NCBI GenBank assembly: GCA_002256025.1
Contig: NKIB01012347.1
Span: forward strand, 1-64,000
Direction of reading: 5' to 3'
Source: Asterionella formosa
Lineage: Eukaryota
DNA length: 64,000 nt
This document shows positions 1 to 10,800 of the stretch, piece after piece. The notes under the pieces were generated by a model. The model made no database searches. It was not told where the DNA came from and saw only the letters and a program-made list of their open reading frames with translations. The stretch's first letter is position 1, and each line of letters opens with the position of its first letter. Position numbers and translations under genes: made by a program.

Positions 1-85
1 TTTCAAATAATTATGTGAAGTATTTCAAATAATTATGTGAAGTATTTCAAATAATTATGTGAAGTATTTCAAATAATTATGTGAA
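1..85. repeat. 22-bp tandem repeat (TTTCAAATAATTATGTGAAGTA) x~4, decaying to ~260
   Basis: Exact head-to-tail copies start at 1, 23 and 45, with a partial copy at 67. Degenerate ATGTGA/TATTCAA variants follow. Confidence 0.9.
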
Positions 86-479
86 CGTGATCACATAATA
101 TAGTGATGATCAGGAATGCATGCATGATACTTTGATCAAATATTTAACGTGATGTATTCAGATAATATATAGATATATTCAACTACGTATTTTGATGTAT
201 TCAACTAATTCATGTGATGCATTCAAAATCAACTAGGCTTATTTATGTGATGGTCACTTCACGTAATACGCGGCTTAGATGTAGTACAAATATATTTTTA
301 TTTTTCGATTTTTAATACACTTAGTAAAAAGAGTAATTGAAAATTTAGTTAGGATAAGTCTCTATCATTGATAAAACTCATTATTGATTTGCTAAAAACA
401 AATTCAAAAAAAGTAATCCCGAGTTCCCCTGACTAACTCATTATGCATTTTCGGACACTTTTATGCAAAAAGTGTAATG

Positions 480-3400
480 GACCGAACCCTCCGATTCCGT
501 GTTGGCAGGCGTCGGCACGCAGGAGAATGGTGAGAACGCGTAGTGTTAGTCGGTCTAGGCTTATTCCTTGCCTTCTTGCGGTACGCAAGAAGGTGAGCCA
601 TTGCCGCAATTCTTCCTTTTGTAATTCCGATAATGGAATCCTTTTTCCGCTGACCCTTGCTCGTCGTTTGGCACGTCGGAGATGGCATAGAAAGGCACGA
701 GCGGTTGGGAACACATACAAGGCATGGTTCAGGCGACCGATCTTGGTCGCCACTACTTAACAATCAACCGTGGGCAACTGTAGTATTCGGTCAATTTCCG
801 CATGCCAGGACGTGAGTTTATCGTGAGGGAGGCGTAGTCGAAGGGTGCGTGTGTTCACCTCCCATCCTAATATTATCTTGGATTCTTCCAGGGAGCCTTC
901 TGCTGTCATTTTTCGAACGCGAGTAGATCTTCACGTTGTAGGGGTTTGGAGTCAGCCAGCTATAGGTCTGCCCAACAGATGTAGCATAAGCAGTGTAGTT
1001 CGTGAACCTTTCCATAGCTGTCGGATTATCCAAGAAGCACGTAAGTAGATCATCTAGATAACATTCAGTAAACGGTGCTAGATCATCGTCAATCTCCACT
1101 GTTGTGGGTTGTGCTGGTTCACAAGTTGACCTAGTGTTGAGGTACCTTGTTGGCGTGGTGACGTATTTTTGTTGATGCGGGGATTCCAGTGTGGGTGTGG
1201 ACTCCGAGTTCCATAGGTCGCAACGTGATAACAAATTGCATGTGTCGCATGCTAGTTCAGAGACATCGCTCCACATGCTCGGGTTTGGTGCTCCCCCGAA
1301 AGTCATTTGTAAAGCGAGAAGCGCGATATCATCGATAATGACTATGGCCTGTGATGCTGTGAGACCCAATATATGTATGCGGCGATACGCGGCTTCAAAA
1401 TCTCATTTAGTCATTAGAATTCGAGTGTCTGGATAGATTCTTTGTAAATCCACTATGTAGTGAATGAATTGTCGCAGTGCGGTGCTGTATCTATACAGTG
1501 TCAGCGTGTCAAATATGACGCGTGCGTTCACAGAAGTCCCTGGGGAGAGCTCGAATGATTGGTCGTGGGTCAGCCGGTCTTTGGGTATTATTTCCCCATG
1601 TGCGTTGATCATGGCTTGCTCACTAGACCTATCGGCGCTACAACAGCATGTGGTAGTAGGCGGATATTTTCTGGCAGGAGTGGGAGTTGCCAGCCTCTGT
1701 CGACTTCTTTGATTAGAAGTTTCGTGACTATTTCACATTTTAGTTTCGCTGATGTGTGGTTGCCTCGTGTGACGGCGAGCTCCAAGTCGTGTAGCCGCTG
1801 CTCGTCCTGAAGAGGTTTAAGCGGGAATTCTACACCATTTGTGATGAGAGTGACGAAACATCTCAACAGCGGATGATAGGATAGTAGAGGACGCAGTAGG
1901 TGTAAATCTCGGAATTCTGAACCTATACTGAGCGGGGAGTTGGCCTGGCTCGCAATTGCCTTAGTAATGTCTAGGTCGAACTGTACTAGGATCGACCAGT
2001 TGTGCTGGTTTGCCGCCTCTGTACTCCATTCGAAACGAAATGTCGGTGTGTTCATGTGCGGTGATGGGGTATCTAGCATGCACTTAATATGTTGGAGCCA
2101 CTTGTTTTCCAAAGTATGGCGTGATGTGTGTTGTTCAATGGTGGGGCCGGCGGGGATTGGGGCTATTGGTGCAAATTTCTGCGGAGTGTCGTGGAGGCGG
2201 TCAGGCGAGTTTGTGTCACAGACGGTCTGTGCTGTCTGGTACCCAAATATCTGTAGCGCGAATCATGACGTGATCTGTATAGTCGGAATTGCTAACACCG
2301 GTATGATTGCTTGACTTACCCAAGATCATTTCATTGTTAGGATGCGGCATCGGCGTGCACGAGTGTAGTAGATGTGTGGGTGCCGGGTGCGGTAGTGGTG
2401 ATATTGGTAGTTGTGGTAAGGCCGTTGTCCTGATGCAACATGCTAAATCCATATTCTAATCTTGTATACGGGCGAAAAACTTAGTGCGTGATGCGGTTAA
2501 TATTTTTGAGTTATCAGATGGACAAATCTTTCCCGACTTGGCAATGGTAAGTTCTGGAATTGTCGTCGTCTCGATCTTGTGCGCTACTATTGACGATGAA
2601 CCGCGATAGACTGTTAAATGCTTCGTTACTGAATGCGTTACAGGGACTACCCAGGTGTGCCCTAGTCAATTTGATGTGTTCGAAGTGCGTGGTGTGGACG
2701 ATGTCACATCGCGAATGGCCTCGGTGAAAAATGTTGCGAATGCCTTTTTGTTGTCACCTGTTAACTGAACGTGTGCGTCTTTTCTATCACAGTTGTCTAT
2801 GCAGATCCCTGATATCTGCCAATGGCAACAATTTGTTGCCCCATTCATTCTGGGTGCATTTCGAAGAACCGAGGGAGGAAAAGCGTCGCGATAGAAGATG
2901 CCTGTCGGAAGTCGAAAAAGGATGTCAGCTCGCAGGTTGGTGACTGCTCTGCCTCGGATGAAAATTGTGTTTTGTTGGTGGTTGTTTTCCTGCTGTTGAT
3001 GTCTGTTTCCTTGTTGCTGGTGTCTACGAGTGTTATCATCGAATTGATCATCCCAAGTACGTTTGGAATGTAGAAAAAGTGCGGCAACCCGTGGATGAAG
3101 TGGTGAGGTCATGGGGTTTCCGACAGCGATCTGTCGTTGTTGTTGCGAGATATCGAGGAGTTGAAAATCCATTTCTTGGACTGATTTGACGTACCTCGAG
3201 TTGCGCCAGAACGCCTATATCATGTTGTCCATTATTGTAAGTTGCTGCGCGAAAAAACGAAAACCGAGATCGAAGCAATGCCAATAGGTGGCGCGATTTG
3301 CCTTGATATGGGTTAGCCATGGGCACAATCGGTCAGCAGTGAAGCAATTTCCTAGAACGAAAAGGACAATTGCGATTATGTTCTTAATGGTTGTTTCAAA

Positions 3401-4880
3401 GTCTGTCACTGTCTTCGCAATAATCAACAGTTTCTTGTCACTCAAACGTTTCATGATCTGATTGTAGCGGTTGATATCTCCTGCTGCATCAATGGTGGCA
3501 TTAGAGATGATCTCTATATCTGACAAAGACACCATGTTATTCGACTCCAATAGCAGTTTGAAAAGGCTGATGCGCAAAGGTCCTTCGGTCGGGTCATAAT
3601 TAAACTGTAATTGGCTAATGCACAGAGTCGTAAATGGATCTAAACGTAGATCTTGACAGTTTAGAATGGATTGTAGATTCTCTGCCATAAATTGCTGTGC
3701 TGCAGATGTATTCGAGCTGAGCGAGAGGAATGTAGCCAGGGATTGAATGGGCTCCGTAATGATGTCATCGTCATGAGCTGCCATTAGACGAAGGATCTGA
3801 TCTTGGAGGAATTTAGGTTGTTTTTTCCAGGCCCTAGAAGAAGATGGAGTGTTAGAAGACCTGGCTTCCACTAACCTGTCTATGTTTGTAGCTAGTAGGT
3901 TTGAAGCGGCGCTCACTAGTGCTGCGGCTACCTACGCCATACTGGGAAGGGAGATTTGGTTTGGTACCATCTTTGCGGTGTAAAGGAAACTCAGAAAATT
4001 CTCTGCGGATGCGTACACTTGTTTGCGGATCGCTGCCTTTTCGTTGTCGGTTTGGATGGTGCTAAGATTCGACTGGTTTTCCGCAAATGTTTTGGCTGCC
4101 AGGCGAGTGAGGAAAAAAAGTTCAGCTGGGTCATCGGTGGAACTGGTGGTTTACGTTGAACAGGAAAGGCGGGACTTATACAAGATGGTTGATGTCGGTG
4201 TTCATCACATTAGTCGCCATGAGGTGCAAGGTGCTGAGTTGTTCCGGAGTGGTGACATGGTCATGTAAGGCGTCGTAGTTGGGAATGGTGGTTGTGATGG
4301 CTGCGAAAGTGTGTTTGGGCGGCTTCTAAAACCACTGGTTGGGCAATGGATCCCAATCTGAGGAGGGCTACATAGGCCGGCGCCGACTAACTCCAATTGT
4401 TGCCTGTGAGGAAGCTAAGAAGATTGTGGCAAAAATGGACTTTATGGTCAAGAGGACTGATCATGGCATGGAATTTAAAGAGGGTATTAGTGAGGAGGGT
4501 TTGACGGGTTTCTGGTGCGGTTGTGTGCTCAAGCGAGGTTGAAAAGTGGTGAAACTCGGTCAAAAGATCGTTTCGCGCAGCGAGAGTATCCGTAAAATAG
4601 TTCTTCCAGGTGTTTGCGAGAATCATGTTGATGCTAGAGATGTTGTTTATTGATTTTAGACTATAAATTGCAAAAGGCTTGGCAATGCTTTAGACTGCTT
4701 CTCTGAATCATTATTCAAAGAATTGTGTGCTTCACCCTTGCACTAATTCACTTGTTTAACCTCGCGTGGTTGCTGTCTCCTTCCCTTGTCATAGCTGCTT
4801 ACTCTTGGTTGTTCGATTCAACTCTAAAAGCTAGAGCTTAATAGTCGCATTGTCGCTATATCAATCGATAAGCTTCGACT
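480..4880 (-). mobile_element. Degenerate DIRS/Ngaro-like retrotransposon (gag-like ORF1 + RT/RNase H), truncated at the 3' end
   Basis: Minus-strand frames give RT motifs PHAVVAPIGLV, KDRLTHDQSF, MTK*DFEAAYRRIH, TFGGAPNPSMW and CYLDDLL, then the RNase H start ADACQHGIGGF. The ORF1 pieces (~4791-2666) end in a CCCH-type finger (CHWQISGICIDNCDRKDAH). Many stops and frameshifts. No YR domain is visible in the window; boundaries are approximate. Confidence 0.72.
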
Positions 4881-5827
4881 CCTTCGATTCGCTTTACGTG
4901 ATTTGTATCATCCGGTGCTCGCTGGTACCTGGTACCTGGTACTCTGGTACCATACCGATAGTTCTACAAGGACGCCTTTTTACCAGTACATGGAATCTAC
5001 CGGTATTCGACAACAGAAGGTTGGGACCTTCACGGACAAGCACACAAGCAGCAAGTCAGATTTTTGAGAAAGGCGGAACGGCCGAGTGGTTACGGTATTC
5101 ATTCTGCCTTGACGAGGAAAGCAGCCAAGTGGTCATATTTGTTGTTTACCAGTACGCACTGGAGTACCTGAAAATGTTAACACTTTCCAGGACAATAAAA
5201 TACAATCCCGTCCCTTCACCGGCCGGCGGCTCCAAAATTCGAAACATACCTACTATTCTATATCCTACGTATTTTTTGAACAAATGCACCAAGCACGCCA
5301 TGATTTCAAAACTGAACTTGTCATTCTGCCATGGATACTTTAGATACATTTCTTGGCACTAGTAGCAACAGGTAGCAGTTACTCCGGAGCACTCCAGGCA
5401 GGTATGTACCGGTATACCCCAGGTGGTCTGGTCTAATAGATTCCGATAAGTATCATCCTAATAATCAACAAAAGGAATTTTGCCATTGCTCAATCTCCGA
5501 TCGATACAGTACATTCTGGTACCCGGAGTTCTACCCTTTACTTGGTACCAACAGCCAGCCAAAACAGATTTTCGTCAAACTTAACTACCGGTACAAGTAT
5601 TGAGGTCGTTATCCTACCGTATATATAGTAGAGCACATGGAGGACCAAGTACCAGGTACAATACCGTGAGGTGTAACAGTTCCTAAAAGCAACTACAAAT
5701 GATGATTTATGAGTCTCATTAGATTCAGATGAAGATTTGTTTTTCACTTTCAGATTTTCATTTTCCAACTCCTTTGTCCGTCATTAAGGAAATAAAGAAC
5801 AAAACGATTCAACTACAGTAATTCAGC

Positions 5828-7000
5828 ATGTCAGAGCCATCTACATCTTTAATTCCTCCTCCACCACTAGCTCAGGTTTCCGACGATGCCTCGAGTGTTG
5901 GGAGTTTACCTTACTTTCATTCTTCAGATTTTGAAGAGTCCAGTTGGACGAATACGGTTGGATACTATGGCGTGCCTTCCATTGGTTTAGCGGTTCTTGC
6001 GCTCTTTCATCCAATTTTGTTTCTAGCCGGAGCAGGTGTTGCAGCAGCAAGCTATGGGTTATATGGATTTTGCAACAAGGAAGGGAAGGGGACGAAGGAA
6101 ACACTTATTGTTGAACCTTTTCTAGTTGAGAAATCGAAGCCCGCAGTGCTGCCAGCGCCTTGTCGGGAAGTTGCATCATTAGGATCGTTTCATGCTCCTA
6201 CCATGTGTACCGAATCCGAATCCTTGAATCACAACCCTCTCAAGAACGTCATTTTGGCAAATGAAAGCTTTGTGGGCCTTACAGCTGCTGAGTTCTTCAA
6301 CGTTTTTCTCGGGAATCATGCTGTCTTCTCATTTTCTGAATTTCAACGGAGGCGTGGAGATATCAATATTGAGTACACAGATTGGATTGGTCATCAACGA
6401 GTTCTGAAATTTGAAACGCCCACTAAACAAATCTTTGGCCCTGCATATGCCGTGGCAAGAAAAGATCAGCAACTTCACAGAAATTCGAAGCACTGTGTTG
6501 TCATGAATTCTACTACGACACTGGAAAAGATTCCCTTTTGCAATACTTTTTGTGTTCGCGAGCAATGGAAGATGATGTCAGAAAGGGATGCGGAAGGCAA
6601 ACCCACAACAATTCTTTCCATTACTGCCCAAGTCGATTTTTTCTCAAGGAACCCTTTTGAAGGTCAAATTAAAAGCAAGACCATGTCGACGATGCTCGAA
6701 GTCTTGGGCTGTTGGTGTAAATTAGCGCATGAAGCATTAAGGCTAACTCAGCAGCGAGCAGAGGAACGTAAAAAGCGACAAGAACTAGAGACCGCGAGGG
6801 ACGAGAATGCCATCGAAGTCTTTTACCACGACAGGCTGCAGACTGTTTCAATAATCGGAGACGACGAAGCGAATGATTGGGAAATGGACCCTATGCGAAG
6901 CCCTCCAAAATGCATCAGGACAGGAAGAAAGTTATCATTCCAAGCCGTTAGACGAAGTCTGTCGTCAAAGTTCTTGAAGAATCCTGGGTCAACAGTGTAA
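5828..7000 (+). CDS. VASt (StART-like lipid/sterol-binding) domain protein with N-terminal hydrophobic segment
   Basis: 390-aa ORF with VASt-like motifs EFFNVFL...FQRRRGDINIEYTDW...RVLKF...GP...IPFCNTFCVREQW...F.GQIKS. Confidence 0.8.
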   Translation: MSEPSTSLIPPPPLAQVSDDASSVGSLPYFHSSDFEESSWTNTVGYYGVPSIGLAVLALFHPILFLAGAGVAAASYGLYGFCNKEGKGTKETLIVEPFLVEKSKPAVLPAPCREVASLGSFHAPTMCTESESLNHNPLKNVILANESFVGLTAAEFFNVFLGNHAVFSFSEFQRRRGDINIEYTDWIGHQRVLKFETPTKQIFGPAYAVARKDQQLHRNSKHCVVMNSTTTLEKIPFCNTFCVREQWKMMSERDAEGKPTTILSITAQVDFFSRNPFEGQIKSKTMSTMLEVLGCWCKLAHEALRLTQQRAEERKKRQELETARDENAIEVFYHDRLQTVSIIGDDEANDWEMDPMRSPPKCIRTGRKLSFQAVRRSLSSKFLKNPGSTV

Positions 7001-7230
7001 ATTACTGTATATGAATATCTGATTCCTTTTGTAATTCCATCAATCTTGTGGTTCGGAGGAAGTTCGGAAGAATTTCGTCTGCAACTGCAGAGTCTACCTC
7101 GATGGAGTTCTTGAAGAATTCTGGGTCAATAGTGTAAATTACCATGTATGGATATCTGATTCCTTCTGTAATTCCATCAATTGTGGTTCGGAGGAAGTTC
7201 GGAAGAATTTCGTCGGCAACTGCAGAGTCT
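6968..7230 (+). repeat. ~137-bp tandem duplication of the VASt gene stop codon and 3' UTR
   Basis: The block GTTCTTGAAGAAT.CTGGGTCAA.AGTGTAAATTAC...GCAACTGCAGAGTCT occurs at ~6970 and ~7107. Confidence 0.9.
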
Positions 7231-7986
7231 TCGCTGGAGTCAAGGAGCAATACAACTTCAGCTGGTCAACTGTTTTCGTGATGCTTGTCACACTTCAGAT
7301 TTGTGTTGATTGCTTCGCTGTATATTAGCACTGCTATAGGCAGAATGAATAGCTTCTTGTCGTGGGGAAATACTTAGTCGACGTGACCCCCGTTTATTTA
7401 GCTCGCTATTGTACTGGTTGGCACAAATATTTACTGGTCTCAAAAAGAAGAGATCCAATCTGTTCTCTAAGAAAGTTAGAATGGATACGTATAGCCATCA
7501 GATCATCAGGCCATCAAATCGCATGGAAAAACTTAATGTTTACCAGACAGGGTCAGTGCATTGGGCGGTTTTCGTTTTCCGGTTACTGATGGTCTTAGAG
7601 GGGGGCTAGTCCGAGCTACATATCATTAGCTCGACCATATCCTGCTGAGTTACAATGCATGGACATTTTCTTACCGCTACCTGCCACTAGGATGGTGTTG
7701 AGGGTTTCATTCATGAGCACCACTTGGTAAGGCAAGACCTGCCTTACCGGCTGGTAACTGGTCCCCGAAAGTTTACAAGTGACATTCAGGAGGAGTATGG
7801 GAGTAAATATATAGTCGGTGAAGAATGTATCTATTGTGTACTGAATTTTTTACAACTCTATTGACAATTCAGTGTTTCACTCATTTATTGTTGTATCAAG
7901 GAGTGAGTTGAATCTAAATGTAAATTAAGAAGTATTTTTGTCACCTTCTGTCATCATTTTTTTCACTGGTAAAAGTAGTACCAGTA

Positions 7987-8657
7987 CTCCCTCTGTTCAT
8001 GTATAGTTGCAGTCAAACTTTCCGGCTTGGCCGATCATGAAGCTCTAGCTCCCCTACTAATTAAAATTATTCCGAACCGAATGGTGTATATAAAATATGT
8101 TCTAAGTAGTCTAGAATTAGATGAACCTGACCTCAATGTTTTTGGGCGCGTTTTTCGTAGAATCACGCCCCGATTGGGATGTTTGCTCTGGTCCCTCCTT
8201 TTTCGTGGACCCTTCCTCATTCAATAGACATTATAAGTAAAAGAATTTAACACCAAAACAGCAACAATACATTGCCAATTGAAAGGGTGTGTATTGGTGA
8301 AAGCTCCGTGGAGCGTTATACATATATGATTTATACGTGGAAAGTATGTGTTTGATTAGTCTGACTCAATATTATTCTTTTAACCCTACCTCGAGCTAGG
8401 GGTTCAAATGCAGCAACCTTAAACTCACATATACAGGTCAGTAAGCTGGCCAATGAAAATCAATAGTCCTAATCAATGCACATGTATCGCTATTTACCGC
8501 TATACTCAACTAAATGTACTAATCTAACCAAAGCACTTGTTGCCTGCATCCTCTCATGTAGAGAATGCAGATTGCTTCTACAGAGGGACTCTTTTAAGGA
8601 TCTGGATCAAGCAGGCCAATTAAAAGAATTGTTGCAACTATACATGAACATAGAGAG
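7987..8657. mobile_element. Stowaway-like (Tc1/mariner-derived) MITE, 671 bp
   Basis: 25-bp TIRs CTCCCTCTGTTCATGTATAGTTGCA (7987-8011) and TGCAACTATACATGAACATAGAGAG (8633-8657), 2 mismatches. Flanked by TA on both sides. No coding capacity. Confidence 0.85.
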
Positions 8658-10800
8658 TACCACCGAAGCTGATGCTACGGGGAGGAATTCATCTTTGTAA
8701 GTCTCAAGAACCCGGAGAGGGTTCAGAACAGAATTATGGCCCTGCTGCTTGCCAATGCTATTGAATTTCCCATGAAATCCAAGGTGAATGATTGTGTCAC
8801 AGTCTATAAACCCCTGTTTTGATACCAGGGATTCAAATCAAATAAAGGCAATACTACATGAGGGGGCGAGGGGAGGGGGATGACAATTACAGATTCATTT
8901 CCTGAGTTTGTTGTCCATGACATCATTGAAATTCACAACCTTGAAACACCTGTGGTGCCTTTTCCACATACATTGCTTGCTTGTCCACAATTATTTTATC
9001 AACCAATAATTATATGTGTTCACGATAGTATTTACCAACCAACTATAGCCATCATTGCTACAGTATAATGGCAAAATTATGCTGCTTTGCGGCAATATTA
9101 TGCTGGTTTCACCACATAACTAAATAAAAGAGTTCCCAATTTCGATTCAATTATTATTTTTTCGCTTTCACATCTTTCTTTGGTATCAAATCCCAAAGAA
9201 TAACACATTTTTCAGCACTGATACCTGCATCCATAACTACACAAATTGCCGGTACAATCAATCTATCATTCAATTCTCATTTGATAAATATTTATTTTCA
9301 CAAAATCTGCTTCAACTTATCATGCTATTGTTATTGTAGTAGTCTTATTCATTTTTCAGCTACTGTGAAATTGTCAAATCTCTTAGAAACATTGTACAAT
9401 TATTCTTGTACAAATGTATTGTGTATGTCGTGTTTGATACATGTTACAAATAGGAAAGCGTCGTTGTCAATTTTCATAGAGATTTTCGCTATTTTCGTCA
9501 TGGTCATGGCTGAGATGACATGATGCAGGATGCTCTACTAGCCAATCACAACAACTAATCTGTATTGTTTTGTAGCATTGCAAGTTTACTTTTCTCTTGA
9601 TAGAAATTTAGTTGATTGATGAAAACAACATTTGTGGTTGTTGAGACAGAAATTTTATGATTAGTCTTACAAGAATATTGTTCATTTACCTCAATAATAA
9701 TGTGGGTTTATAAAATTAATATGCCAGTTGTCGAAACTTTTTTAGGTCACTACTAGTATCATATAATTATATGATGCATCACATTTTATATTTGATGTGC
9801 ATAAGCATCAATGGATGGAATCCCTGTGCTGACTTCTTAGCCATTACTGGCTGTCCCATGATGACAAGGAAGTTCAGAAATAAGGTTGCAATCACATGGA
9901 CTTAGGCCACCATTTCCATTTATACCAAGACATCAGTGGATGGAATGTCATTGTCAACTGGATCAGATCTGTGCCGAGTTAGCAAAAGGTGGACTAAGCC
10001 ATGATGATGGAGAGTGCACATTCATATGGACACATGATGAGAGGATTTTATGATATCCATATCAGTGAAGTGTATTATGATGAGCTCAAATAAATCGAAT
10101 ATTTGATGTCGTAAATCGTTTTCTGTGTCTGGTGGCATGTGCTTTCGTCCCGTTTATATATTGCTTGTTGGTAGATGCTACATATCTGTAGCTCTCATGC
10201 AGTAAAAATAGTCCAATTAATAGGTTAGAGAGAACTTCTCCTGAAAGTTCCTCTCTCAACTATGGCATTTTTCATGCAATATTTAACCATGTGTCCTTGA
10301 CTCAATCATCTAGTGGATTGTGGTACATGTTCCTAATCAGGTCACTAGAGACGAAGAAATATTGACACTCTCATAACCTGATCTGGAATCAGGAATCTGT
10401 ATATATTTTGCTACATAATATATACGCATTAATTTTCCAAATGACGACGATATCATTTTATTCGAATAATTTATGTACCTTAAATTTATGCACCTGAATA
10501 TATTGCATACTGGTATTATCTCTCTCATGTTCATGTACATGTACATGTGTGTTGTAGAATCTTGTCTCCTCCCGAACCCCTTCATATTTATTTGTGATGA
10601 GAAGACTACCGGCTATACTACCCATCAGTCCATGAAAAATCACAACTCACAACATCCATTCCAATTGTCCTGCATTGATAGCGGTATCATTCTTCGTTGT
10701 GCGTAAGGAAGAAAGAACGATCGAAAGAGAGGAAGGGATGCGAGCTTAAGCTGTGACATAAAGCTACCGGTACTCAGGTTATCTCCTCGACAATTACAAC

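Noticed and set aside
1..260. CRISPR-like array
   Set aside because: The repeats are head-to-tail with no unique spacers, there are no cas genes, and the context is eukaryotic.
4850..5362. 170-aa ORF
   Set aside because: Non-ATG start, no recognisable motif, and it partly translates the GGTACC repeat.
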